Counted from the stretch's first letter, positions 9,460-19,730 are shown. The stretch: 64,000 nucleotides of DNA from Candidatus Peregrinibacteria bacterium Greene0416_19 (GCA_007375735.1 VMEW01000007.1:1494-65493); one strand, 5' to 3'. A program made the numbers and translations. Notes: generated by a model not told the origin, from the sequence alone.

Positions 9460-12400
9460 ATGCTGACATACGCATACAAGCGCCGGCGCATCACGGAATT
9501 CGGTGAAGCCAAACGTGTTTTCTTCGAGCCCGGACAGGTGGAGAACGACCTGATGCAGGCGATGGGCGCCGGCAAGCCGTCCCCGCCGGGAGAAACCGGG
9601 AAGGAAAACGTGGACGGCAAAGGCGGCGGGCCGGCTGCTCCTCCGGAGAAAGCCGACCCGAAGGCGGTGGAACAGCAGCAGGTCAAGAGTTTGCTCGATG
9701 ATGTGCAGCGGCGGCAGGAGCAGGCGGCACAACTCAAGCTGCCCGCACCACTGACAAAATCCATCTTCGACAACTACGCGCGCTACCTGGTGGCCTCCGC
9801 GCCAATCTACGACAAAAACCGGAACCGGGTCATTGAGGATGCCACCGCAGAGAAGCAGGAGAGCGAGTTCGCCGCCTACAAGAAGGCGATGCTGGAGAAG
9901 ATCGATGCGGTGCTCAAAGAAGTCTCGGGCGGCGCCGAGCAGGCCAAGAAGGAACAGAAGAAGCAGGAGGAAGAGCAGATGAAATCAGTGGATGAGGAGC
10001 TCAAGGCGATTCAAGAGAAAGTCGATCGCGGCGAACTGGAGAAGATCGCCCCCACGCCCGATGCGCTGCAGGCCGCGTACCAGCGGTACGAACAACGGAC
10101 GGCGGCGCTCGAGACGTACGGGAAAAACCTCGGAACGCAGGTGACGGCGGTTGAGCGCGTGCAGAAGGCGTACGCGAAGGAAATGGAGGGATCGACGCTC
10201 AACGCGGTCGGCGCGACCGGCTTCGTGGCGACCGGAGCGCTCGCGGGATCGTTCATCCCCGGTGTGGGCACCGCCATCGGCGCCGGTGTGGGGCTGCTGA
10301 GCTACATGGCCGTGCGGGCCGGCAGTTTCTTCGTCAACCGTGCCGAGCGCCAGAAGCGAGCAGCGGACATCCAGCAGAAGATCGATGTGGTCAAAGGCCA
10401 TCTTGAGGAGGGGCAGAAGCATGTCACCGCCGAACTCGGCGTCTTTGACGAAGGCGGCGATGCCATCCTGAAGACGACGACGCAGATCCGCGAGAACACG
10501 TACGCTCAAACAGACGAAGCGAAGAAAGGCCTCGAGAGCCAGAAAGAAAAAATCAGTCAGGACCTGGCAGCGACGCAGGCGAAAACATCCGAAGTTCTGA
10601 CGCAGGAGGAACAATTGAGCGAAACGCAGGAGAAAATTGCAGAGCGGCAGCGTGAGGTCACGCAGAAACAGCAAGAACTTAAGAGCGCAGCCGCCGATGC
10701 CGCCAGGAAAGCTGCGACACCCAACGAAGTCGTATCAACTGCAGCCGATGGAAATGCCGGATCGCAGAAGGCAGTCGATGTGCAGGCACAACTGCAGCAA
10801 GCGGCACAAGATGCGGAGGCACTCGAGAAGCAGCTGGGAACTGCCTACCAAGAAGTGGTCGGACAACAGATGATTCTTGGCACAGGACGCCAGGAACTGG
10901 AGCAGCATGCGTCGCTGCAGGAAGTGGGAATGCAGAAGCTTGACCAACAAAAGGAACTGCTCGGACAGACGCTCGAAGGCGAGATGCAGCATCTCGACGC
11001 GCATCACAAGGAAGTGCAGGACGGCATACTAGGATCGACGCTCCGCCATCACGCGGTCGCCACGCAGGTGGAGGGTCAGTACCACTCGATCAAGGACGTG
11101 AAGGTGGAGGAGCCGGGCTTCGTGCAGCACGTGATCGAGAACACCTTCGGCGGCATCAAGGACGGCCTCAACGGCCTGGCCAAACCGCTCAACGGCATCC
11201 CCGGCCTGAGCGTCGTGGGCGGCGTGCTGGAAGGCGCTGGCGAAATGGTCAACGGCATCGGCACTATGATCGCTCACCCGGTACAGACAGTGGAGGGGCT
11301 GAGCGCGCTCGCGGGTTTGAACAAGGACGTGAGCGCGTCCGACGCCTGGAAGGAGATGGGCAAAGCGCTGATCTCGTACGAGGATTTTTCGAAAGGAGAT
11401 TACGGCAAGGGAATAGGCAAGATCGTCTTCAACATCGCCACTACCGCCACCGGAGCGGGCGCGGCGATGAAGGGGGCGCAGGTGGCAACCATCTTGTACC
11501 GCACCTCCATGGTCGGGAAGGCCGGCGCGCTCGCGGCATCCAAGGCGTTCGTGAAGGCGACTGCGGTCGGCGTCGGTGTCGGCACGAAAGAACTTGCGGT
11601 CGGCGCGCTGAAGGTACCGGGAGAGTTCGTAAAAGACGCCGGAAAGATGATCACAACCCCGTACCGGCTCGGCCGCCGCGCGGCCATCGGCGACGCGCGG
11701 CACCTTGGAGAAGTTGCTGACAACCTCACCAGGACGGGAAGTATCCTCAAGGGAAAGATTGATGAGCTGGACATCGGGAAGCACATCACTGCAATCGCGG
11801 ACAGTCCGGTTCCGCTCGCGGACCTGACAAGCGAGCAACTGACTGCGCTGGGGAAGAACAGCGAAGAGCTCGTCAGGCTGGGCATCAAGGATGCAAAATC
11901 CATCTCCAAGTTCCTGGAACTCAAGAAGATGGTCGGTGAGCAGGAGGGGCTGCGCCGCACCATCGCTGCGACTGAACGAGCGAAGGATATTGCGGAGCTG
12001 CCGAAGGATGTTCGTTCCAAACTTTCGCGTACCGAAAATGAGCTCAACTCACTCGAGCAAAAAGCCGCCGCGGCGGAGCGGCAGGCGCAACGCACCGGCG
12101 AAGCCGGCGCGCCGGAGCGGATGCAGGCGGCGCGTGCTCCCATGGATGCCAAGATGGAGGCGCTTCTGCAGGATCTGCAGAATACAGCCGGTGACTTGGG
12201 CAAGGAATTTTGCAAGGAACGGGCCGGTACGGTGCTCCTCCATGGTGATAGCGGCGTGGTTGCCATCGGCCCCGATGGATTCCTGCAAGTGGTGAAGGCG
12301 ACGGAACTCGACGCATTCCTTGCGAAGGTCGCCGGTCCAGGCGCCCGCTTTGCCGACAAGACAGCGGCGCGCTGGCATGTGGCCGAGCGGATAACGGGCC

Positions 12401-15400
12401 GCAAGCTCACTCCTCGTCAGCAGGATGCCGTGCTGCGCGCGCATGAGGTGGGCTCCGCGCGCGGGGCAAAGATCCACGAGTACACTCCTGCCGAGATCGG
12501 CGAGAAGGCTCGCATCCTGGACGAAGCCGGCTTCTCCAAAGCCGAGCGGCGGGCGCTGATGGAGCGCGGGGTGTGCGGGGAGGGGGTAGGAGCAGAAGCT
12601 GCATCCGAAGCGCAATATTATGTCAACAAGGGGCGGGAATTAGCGGATGCCGTGGAAAACGGGAGTGAGCCGCTCTACACAGTGGACAGTTTTGACGAGT
12701 ATGGACATGTATTTACCCGAGATCTGCCGCTTGATGTCATACGGGATACTGAGCTTGATGCGATTAGAGATCCTGCATTGCGGAGACTGGCAAAAGAACG
12801 CCGTCAGGCTGAGAATGTCAGATTCAGGCAGAAGCAAAAAGACGGCGCAATCGCCGACGCGCAGATCGAGCATCTGGATGAGATGAGGGAGGTGAGTCGG
12901 GAGGCGTATGAGAGAGCGAGGGCGAAACTGAATGAGAAACAATCCGCAGCCCGCAAGCCGCGATCGAATCCGAGCCCGGAAGCCGCCGCCAAGCTGCCTT
13001 TTGAGGACGCAATTTCGGGAGGAAACATCGATGATGCTCTGATCCTCAAGTTTGACGACGCGTTGGCCGCACGTTATGCGAAGGCCAGCCCTGAATTGTT
13101 GGAGAATGTGTATGAAACAGCAGAGGCATTGTACTTCATCAAAGATGAAGAAGCTCTTTCAACAGCGTACTGGGCTATTCAAACTCAACTGCAAAAACAC
13201 TACGAAACACAGTTCACAAATCAGCTGCTTACAGAAGCACATTTGCAAGACATAGAGTCGCTGCGTGCGTGGTTTCGGCAGAAGAAGGATGCGTGTGATT
13301 CTTTCAGTGCCGTGGATGTGCTGAAATCAAGCGTCATCGATGACATTGAGCGTAGGTTTCTTTCGGACATTGATTCCAACGTCCCCGTCCGTTCTCCGTC
13401 GTCGGAACAGATCGCGCTGCGTGAGAGGTGGAACAAGCTGCCACAGGCTCAACGGGACGGGATACAGTACGTGAAAGAACAGGGCTGGAAGAGGAACGAG
13501 AAACTGATCATCGAAGTCACGGAGGGCAAGAAAGAGACAGTGACCCTGAATGGAGTGACGCGGGACGGGCGAGTGGAACTGATCAGGGAGGACGGTAGCC
13601 GCGCGCTCTTCGATCGAGATGGTACGCACTCTTATGACAATAACAAGAAATATGAATATCTGCCTGCCCGGGTTAATGAACAGAAGGATCTGGTCGATGC
13701 CATGTCCGTTGCTCAGAAGGAAGGGATCCAGGCCGCCCGCGAGTATCGACATTCGAAGGGAAGTGTCGTGAACTTTCGCGACACGAAAACCCATGAGATC
13801 TCATCGGCGACATTCGAAGGGGTGATGCCTGACGGACGGTGGCGCTTTCGGAGGGAAAACGGCGAGCGATTTGCTCACGATTATCTGAAAGGCTCGGACG
13901 AAGTTCTACCCTCCACACCGAATAAGTCCGTCCCCGCTGATGTTGCACCGCCTCCGGCGGTTTCCAAGAAACCAAGTTTGAAGCCCAGTCCGGCGTCACG
14001 CTTGCCTGACACTGACCTCAACAATGCGTCGCATTACGGCGAATCGCTTGCCGAACAAGTGCGCAGTTCCGAGTATCAAGGTACCACGATTACTATCGAG
14101 CCGAACGGGGATTTCACCATCCTTCCGGTGGAAGTGGCGACAGCGGAGGAACTGCATTTTTATTTTAATAATGTTGAGAAAGATCCGGCGGTCGGCAAAG
14201 CGATCGAGGATGCCAAGAAACCGGCTCTCGCTGCTGATCGCGCAGCGGCGAGAAAGGCGTTTAACGCCAAACGAACGGAACTGAAAGCCCGCGACCGGGC
14301 AGAGTTCGCTAATGAGAGTGGAGCCACTGAGGTGCGAATGGAAGCCACGGTGGCTCCTACCACGGCGCCACGGCAACCCGCTTCTCCGTACGTGGCTGAG
14401 CGGAAACAGCTTGCGGATGTGCGATCGCAGCTGGTCCAAAAGCTCGATAATGCCACGGACAACAAGACGCGCGCTCTCCTGGAGCAGTCGCTTCGTGATG
14501 TTGAAAACAAGATCGACGCCTCCTTCGCCACCCAGCGAACCGAGCTGATCAAGCGATGCCAGGATACATCGCTGCCCGTCCCCGAGCACGAGAAGGTATT
14601 GCTGCAGCTCAAACAGCATTGCGCCAAGATGGAAATCCGCAGCGAGTTGTACTCGACGTTCAAACTGGAGCCGCAACTCTCTCCTATCTCTCTCAAGAAA
14701 ACATCGCTTCTGCGTGGGGAGTATCTCAAGAGCGGATACGAGGTTCTGGGCAGGGGAAAGACGCGGTATCCGGGGAAAACCGGCGTGATCGAGGTGGAGG
14801 AACTGCTCATCGGGAAGTGGGACAAGGCGAAAAACGAGTATCTGACTTTGCAGGTTGCCGCAAAAGACGTGGCGACGTGGGAAATGAACCTCTATAAGAC
14901 AATCCGCGGCAAATCGGACAGCGAGCTCGTCAGTCGCTTCCACGAATTGAAAAAGATGAAGAAGAAGGAACTCTCGCCGGAATTGACAGAGGAGATTCGC
15001 GTGTGCGATGCCGAGCTGCGTCAGCGCGGCGGCATCGGGAAGGTGGAGGAGAATATCAATAACCAGAAAACGCTGGATGCCTGGCGGGAGCACAAATCGA
15101 AGACCGCTGGGGCGAAAACAGGCGCTGCCGCAGAGATATTTAGCTTGCAACGCTTTGACAAACTATTGGCCAAATACACCGGTTACATCAATGATCCGAA
15201 AGGGATGGAGCGCATCGGCGCCGACATCGCTGTTCTTGAGAGGAGTGGAGCCGATGCTGGAAAACTAGGCGAGCTCATGGAGCTTCGCAATCTGATGCAG
15301 GTAAGGCCAAAGGTGAAGCAGCCGCCACCGCTCAGCAAATGGCGACCGGGTGACAGCATTCAAGGTCGCACGCTCCGCGCCGCAGATGGCAGCGAACTGC

Positions 15401-16563
15401 CGGCACTGGACTACAAGGTAGTGAGCATCAAAGAAGGCAATCCGCCGACGGTGGTGCTGGAGGCAACCAGTGGAGCCAGCTATGGCATGGTGGGTAAGCA
15501 GGTGGAGGTGAAAGTTGCAGATTTGAATGAAATGGCGAAATCGAAGCCCCCACCGAAGCCCCCGATTGGCACCGCAGGCGCAAAGAATCCTGCTCCAGAT
15601 GCACCTCCCGCGGCCGTACCAAGAGCAAAGAATGCACCTCCCGATACGGTCCCTGCGAAGCTGCCGAAGGACGTACTGGCGGAGGAAGCGGCGCGGGTCG
15701 CCGCGCTGCGGCGCAGCGCGGAAGCGAAGGCTGCGGGCGTCGATGTCACAGAAATGGTCCATAAACGCGATGAACTGTACAAGCAACTTGAAGAGCTTGA
15801 GAAAAAATATCCGGATTTCGACAGCTACACGCCCGAGTATTATAGAAAATTCAGTGAGTCGAGTGAACCAGTCAAACTTCTCGATCGGAAGATCGTCCGG
15901 CAGCAGTGCGAGGCGATGACGACCGAAGAACTGGAGGCGCTCATCACCCAGGAGACGCAAGGAACCAAGTTCGAAGCATTGGCCGACAAAACCCTGTGGA
16001 ATTACGACCGTTCCGAGATCATGGGGGACCTGCTTGGGGAAAAGCGGCTGCAAGAGCGGTATCCTCTCGGCCTTGCCGAGGAACGCAAGAAATACTTCAA
16101 CGAATGCGTGTCCCAGTGCCGGCGCATGGGCGATCGTCAATTGATGGAAAAGTACGTCGCGCTGATCAGCAGAAAATCGAAATCAGAGGATGACATCCTC
16201 ACTCAACTCGCAATGGAGACACGGTTGTGGGTGAAAGGCCGTCCGCCGGATCTCGTCGTGGGCCGCTTCCAGGCGATGACCAAGCAGGGATACCAGCTCG
16301 CCGATCTGCGCAATGCGGACGCCGCCAAATTGGAATCACTCGGTTGCAGGGCCGGTGAGACCGTGAAGGTGCGGGCAGAGGACGGTCAGTTTCGGACTCA
16401 CAGGATTGAAGGAATCGAAGGTAATTTTGTGAGCATGGAAGACATCTTTCTTGGGATCAATCTGAGCGACACCCCCGTATGGGTGAAGCCAGGCAAGGAC
16501 GTGCCGGAAATTGTCATCGATATGAATGGGCCGCTGACGAAAGGAGTGGACGACATGGGATAA
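9460..16563 (+). CDS. Giant (2367 aa) coiled-coil, multi-module protein; polymorphic-toxin-like or surface protein candidate
   Basis: Long ORF with coiled coils, glycine-zipper hydrophobic segment, pre-toxin-like Gly/Ala region and mosaic C-terminal modules. Confidence 0.85.
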   Translation: MLTYAYKRRRITEFGEAKRVFFEPGQVENDLMQAMGAGKPSPPGETGKENVDGKGGGPAAPPEKADPKAVEQQQVKSLLDDVQRRQEQAAQLKLPAPLTKSIFDNYARYLVASAPIYDKNRNRVIEDATAEKQESEFAAYKKAMLEKIDAVLKEVSGGAEQAKKEQKKQEEEQMKSVDEELKAIQEKVDRGELEKIAPTPDALQAAYQRYEQRTAALETYGKNLGTQVTAVERVQKAYAKEMEGSTLNAVGATGFVATGALAGSFIPGVGTAIGAGVGLLSYMAVRAGSFFVNRAERQKRAADIQQKIDVVKGHLEEGQKHVTAELGVFDEGGDAILKTTTQIRENTYAQTDEAKKGLESQKEKISQDLAATQAKTSEVLTQEEQLSETQEKIAERQREVTQKQQELKSAAADAARKAATPNEVVSTAADGNAGSQKAVDVQAQLQQAAQDAEALEKQLGTAYQEVVGQQMILGTGRQELEQHASLQEVGMQKLDQQKELLGQTLEGEMQHLDAHHKEVQDGILGSTLRHHAVATQVEGQYHSIKDVKVEEPGFVQHVIENTFGGIKDGLNGLAKPLNGIPGLSVVGGVLEGAGEMVNGIGTMIAHPVQTVEGLSALAGLNKDVSASDAWKEMGKALISYEDFSKGDYGKGIGKIVFNIATTATGAGAAMKGAQVATILYRTSMVGKAGALAASKAFVKATAVGVGVGTKELAVGALKVPGEFVKDAGKMITTPYRLGRRAAIGDARHLGEVADNLTRTGSILKGKIDELDIGKHITAIADSPVPLADLTSEQLTALGKNSEELVRLGIKDAKSISKFLELKKMVGEQEGLRRTIAATERAKDIAELPKDVRSKLSRTENELNSLEQKAAAAERQAQRTGEAGAPERMQAARAPMDAKMEALLQDLQNTAGDLGKEFCKERAGTVLLHGDSGVVAIGPDGFLQVVKATELDAFLAKVAGPGARFADKTAARWHVAERITGRKLTPRQQDAVLRAHEVGSARGAKIHEYTPAEIGEKARILDEAGFSKAERRALMERGVCGEGVGAEAASEAQYYVNKGRELADAVENGSEPLYTVDSFDEYGHVFTRDLPLDVIRDTELDAIRDPALRRLAKERRQAENVRFRQKQKDGAIADAQIEHLDEMREVSREAYERARAKLNEKQSAARKPRSNPSPEAAAKLPFEDAISGGNIDDALILKFDDALAARYAKASPELLENVYETAEALYFIKDEEALSTAYWAIQTQLQKHYETQFTNQLLTEAHLQDIESLRAWFRQKKDACDSFSAVDVLKSSVIDDIERRFLSDIDSNVPVRSPSSEQIALRERWNKLPQAQRDGIQYVKEQGWKRNEKLIIEVTEGKKETVTLNGVTRDGRVELIREDGSRALFDRDGTHSYDNNKKYEYLPARVNEQKDLVDAMSVAQKEGIQAAREYRHSKGSVVNFRDTKTHEISSATFEGVMPDGRWRFRRENGERFAHDYLKGSDEVLPSTPNKSVPADVAPPPAVSKKPSLKPSPASRLPDTDLNNASHYGESLAEQVRSSEYQGTTITIEPNGDFTILPVEVATAEELHFYFNNVEKDPAVGKAIEDAKKPALAADRAAARKAFNAKRTELKARDRAEFANESGATEVRMEATVAPTTAPRQPASPYVAERKQLADVRSQLVQKLDNATDNKTRALLEQSLRDVENKIDASFATQRTELIKRCQDTSLPVPEHEKVLLQLKQHCAKMEIRSELYSTFKLEPQLSPISLKKTSLLRGEYLKSGYEVLGRGKTRYPGKTGVIEVEELLIGKWDKAKNEYLTLQVAAKDVATWEMNLYKTIRGKSDSELVSRFHELKKMKKKELSPELTEEIRVCDAELRQRGGIGKVEENINNQKTLDAWREHKSKTAGAKTGAAAEIFSLQRFDKLLAKYTGYINDPKGMERIGADIAVLERSGADAGKLGELMELRNLMQVRPKVKQPPPLSKWRPGDSIQGRTLRAADGSELPALDYKVVSIKEGNPPTVVLEATSGASYGMVGKQVEVKVADLNEMAKSKPPPKPPIGTAGAKNPAPDAPPAAVPRAKNAPPDTVPAKLPKDVLAEEAARVAALRRSAEAKAAGVDVTEMVHKRDELYKQLEELEKKYPDFDSYTPEYYRKFSESSEPVKLLDRKIVRQQCEAMTTEELEALITQETQGTKFEALADKTLWNYDRSEIMGDLLGEKRLQERYPLGLAEERKKYFNECVSQCRRMGDRQLMEKYVALISRKSKSEDDILTQLAMETRLWVKGRPPDLVVGRFQAMTKQGYQLADLRNADAAKLESLGCRAGETVKVRAEDGQFRTHRIEGIEGNFVSMEDIFLGINLSDTPVWVKPGKDVPEIVIDMNGPLTKGVDDMG

Positions 16564-16704
16564 GAGAAACATTCATGAACGAAAGCCGATCTTCGAGGAG
16601 CGTCCAGAGGGTAAAATAACCACTTTCCGCTGCCGGAAGGGTCGATTGTGGCATAGCTCAAAACGCTCTTTTCTGCTATAATTACTGGATTTACAGCCCA
16701 AATA

Positions 16705-17115
16705 ATGCCTGAACCACAAACATCCACAAATCAAGATCCGGCAGGGCAGAATCCGGCGTCAGCCGGCAGCCAGCAGGGCGGCCAGACTGCCGTTCCCATG
16801 CTCCCAGAGGTATTGGAAGGCGGCGCTCTCTATGACCAGATCATGACCGCGATAGAACCGGAACTGACGTCGACGGTGTATCCGACACTGGCGGAAAAAT
16901 ATAAAGACGAGACCCCGGAGCAGGCGAAGGTGCGGGCGGAGCGGTACGCGAAGGCAATGGAGGAGTATAAGAAACAACTCCAGAAATACGGGGCTGATTT
17001 TGGCGGAAAGGTGCGTACCTTCCAGCACGGTGTGCGCAAATCCATGGAAGCCGACGATCGGAACCGCGAAACCAGTAACATGTCCGGATTGGAAGATGCC
17101 ATCTCCAATTTGTAG
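16705..17115 (+). CDS. Small helical hypothetical protein
   Basis: 136 aa, LYDQIMTAIEPEL…RAERY; preceded by TGCTATAAT; ends 4 nt before the next ATG. Confidence 0.8.
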   Translation: MPEPQTSTNQDPAGQNPASAGSQQGGQTAVPMLPEVLEGGALYDQIMTAIEPELTSTVYPTLAEKYKDETPEQAKVRAERYAKAMEEYKKQLQKYGADFGGKVRTFQHGVRKSMEADDRNRETSNMSGLEDAISNL

Positions 17116-17119
17116 AGCC

Positions 17120-19672
17120 ATGCACACGCTGTTCCAACACAGGCGTTTCTCCCCCAGCAAAGAGCAGAGGCTGTGTTTTCACAGCATGGAGGCTGGAAAC
17201 GCGCAGACAAACGAAGCGCCCAAAGAAGCCGGCGCGCGTGCGGCCGAGAAGCTTCTGAATGCCGATGGCAAAATGGACAAACAGGAACTGCAGAAGATGG
17301 TGGATGATCTCAAAGCCACCACCCGTGATATGGCGGAAAGCAACAAGAATCAGCTGAAGACACTCAGGGACTGGCTCAGCGCCCAGGGCACACAGGCGGT
17401 GCAGGACTACGCGCAGAGCAAGGGGCTACAATCCGCAGATCAACTCACAAAACAAGACCGCGATGCCTTCGTGAAAGGGTTTGCCGAGAAGCTCCACATC
17501 AGCGCCGCCGGCCAGGGCATGAGCATCGACTCTCTCGGTTCCAGTGTGGTTCTCCGTGTGCAGGAGCGTACCGCTGCGGAGAAGCAACAACACAACAAGC
17601 AAGCGGAGCAAAAGCAGTACAACGATGCCATCGCGAAATATGATGGAATGCCCCCCGAGGCGAAGGAGGCAATGAAAGTCATCATAAAGGATTTGGATAG
17701 GCAGACTGTGTATCTTCTCGTCATCCAAAATGGCGACATGCCTGCGTTACAACTCCAGACTGCAGCGCGCGTCCTCGGCTCTCTGCCGGACAAAGCGAAA
17801 ATCATGCAGGTCATCACCACGGATTTCGGCGGTCGGCTCTCCATGTTCGATCCGGCCAAGCAGGGCGAAACCCAAGCAATCTACAACGGCCTCAGAAAGC
17901 AGGCGGCGGGCATCGTGGATCGGACGAATCCACAGTTCACCATCTTGAGCCGCAAAATCAATCTGTTGAACAAGTTGGGTCTTGCGCAGGGGCAGGATGC
18001 CCGGAGTGAGCAGCAGAGCCGGCTGACGCAGAATGATCTCGCGACTCCTGAGGATAAAGAGAAAATGGCCAAATCCTTTATCGATCGTGTGCAAGGTCTA
18101 CCAGATGGCAAGTCTCTTACTGAGATGTACAACCGCCAGCTGCCGCAAATGAAGGCGCAGTTCGATGGACTGCTCAAGCAGGTGCCGGAGGGGAAGCTGG
18201 AGGCGGTGGGCAAAGTGGTACTCGTACTGGGAAATCAGCAGCAGTTCACTGAACGGGAGATGAGTACGGCTATTCAGGAGACGTTGGGTGCCAAACCAAC
18301 AGTGGATGCCAAGCTCCGTCTGCGCGTGGATCTGGCCAAGAAGTTCCTTGATGCCCAGGGGCTCAAGAGTGATGCACTCCAGTCCTACGTCGATGCAGCG
18401 TCCAGCCAGTCCACCGATATGGCCCGCAATCCGAACACGCAAGCTCTGGCATCGCAGGCACAAACGCAGAATCTCTCCCGCTTCGAACAGGCGCAGATCC
18501 GGCTCATGCAGTCACAGGCGATCCTGAATCATCCGCGAGCCAGCGGATTGCAGAAAATTGGAGCGATGGCGACTATGCTCTACACGCAGGTGGAGATGTT
18601 TATGAACGGGAAAAAGCAGGAGTACTTCCAGCGGCCGCAAGCGGCGGCCCCAGAAGCTCCAAAGGCGGGCGAGCCGGGAAAAGAGGAGACCAAGCCGGAG
18701 ACCCAGCTGACCAAATTGAAAGGCGAGCAGCAGAAGCTCCAGAAGGAAGTGAAGGATTGGACCGATTATAAAACTCAATTGGAGGCCAGAAAGGCGGGCG
18801 AGCCAAAGCCGAACGGGGAGCAGATGAAACAAATCGAAGAAGGCATCGCGAAGGCGACGCAGAAGATCAAGGAGAAGACGACGGCGATCAAGAGTGTGGA
18901 GGAGATGATGAAGGCGACGGAGAAATCGGAAGCGGAGGTGAAGGGGCGAAAGGAGGAAGTGGGAGAGATGGTGAAAAAATTGGAGGAGTATAAAACAAAG
19001 TTGGTATCTGAGAAAAAGGATGTGAAGGACGTCGATAAGGCAATCGAGTCTCTAAACAAACTCAAGGGGAAGGAGTCGGTCTCTCAAGAAGAGTTCGACA
19101 AGGCAAAGAGTGAAATAAAGCCGGTGCTTGATAAGCAAAATGCCGCACAGAAAAAGAACGAGGATGAGAAGAAGCGGGGTGACAACCGTGATAAAGCCAC
19201 TGAGAACATGGAGAAGAATTCGGAGTATGGGAAGGCCGCACACATATTTGCTTTAGCATTGGCATTTAACGACATAAGCAGGATTGCGAATGTGAACAAG
19301 GATGTTGCCATCACTCAGTTAGCCGCCGACGTGCCGCCGTCTGGTGTTGCCGGCAACGTGGCCGATCAGATAGTCCACTACTTCCAAAATGATTCGGGAA
19401 CATGGACGAGCAATGCGCCCAATAAAACATTCGGTCTGGAAATTTCTCACGGCGGCGACTTAGAGGAGAATGACGGAAGCAACTGGTTCTACGATACGGA
19501 TTTAATTTCGAATTTCGCGACGAAGGTCAAGGACAGCCCGGAGGTGGCCATCCAGGAGCTCATGGCTATTCCGGATTCTGGCCTCAATGGCACAGCCAAG
19601 GTTCGGCTTGCCAAAATAAAGCAGAGCTTGAGCAAGCACATGGCTGACTTGGGCATCAAGAAGGAAGGCTGA
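17120..19672 (+). CDS. Large coiled-coil hypothetical protein (850 aa)
   Basis: Start reassigned to ATG 17120 (MHTLFQHRRFSPSKEQRLCF); Q/K/E-rich helical sequence. Confidence 0.85.
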   Translation: MHTLFQHRRFSPSKEQRLCFHSMEAGNAQTNEAPKEAGARAAEKLLNADGKMDKQELQKMVDDLKATTRDMAESNKNQLKTLRDWLSAQGTQAVQDYAQSKGLQSADQLTKQDRDAFVKGFAEKLHISAAGQGMSIDSLGSSVVLRVQERTAAEKQQHNKQAEQKQYNDAIAKYDGMPPEAKEAMKVIIKDLDRQTVYLLVIQNGDMPALQLQTAARVLGSLPDKAKIMQVITTDFGGRLSMFDPAKQGETQAIYNGLRKQAAGIVDRTNPQFTILSRKINLLNKLGLAQGQDARSEQQSRLTQNDLATPEDKEKMAKSFIDRVQGLPDGKSLTEMYNRQLPQMKAQFDGLLKQVPEGKLEAVGKVVLVLGNQQQFTEREMSTAIQETLGAKPTVDAKLRLRVDLAKKFLDAQGLKSDALQSYVDAASSQSTDMARNPNTQALASQAQTQNLSRFEQAQIRLMQSQAILNHPRASGLQKIGAMATMLYTQVEMFMNGKKQEYFQRPQAAAPEAPKAGEPGKEETKPETQLTKLKGEQQKLQKEVKDWTDYKTQLEARKAGEPKPNGEQMKQIEEGIAKATQKIKEKTTAIKSVEEMMKATEKSEAEVKGRKEEVGEMVKKLEEYKTKLVSEKKDVKDVDKAIESLNKLKGKESVSQEEFDKAKSEIKPVLDKQNAAQKKNEDEKKRGDNRDKATENMEKNSEYGKAAHIFALALAFNDISRIANVNKDVAITQLAADVPPSGVAGNVADQIVHYFQNDSGTWTSNAPNKTFGLEISHGGDLEENDGSNWFYDTDLISNFATKVKDSPEVAIQELMAIPDSGLNGTAKVRLAKIKQSLSKHMADLGIKKEG

Positions 19673-19706
19673 GGTGCACCGCGTCTATCTTTCCGCATTT
19701 TCGGTA

Positions 19707-19730
19707 CGGGATGACGAATCCCGGCTGCGG
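19707..19730. repeat. REP-like palindrome CGGGATGACGAATCCCGGCTGCGG
   Basis: 23/24 identical to 44875-44898. Confidence 0.7.

Noticed and set aside
17000..17119. Extended N-terminus of the 890-aa track ORF
   Set aside because: Overlaps the upstream gene; ATG 17120 just after its stop gives the shared N-terminal motif
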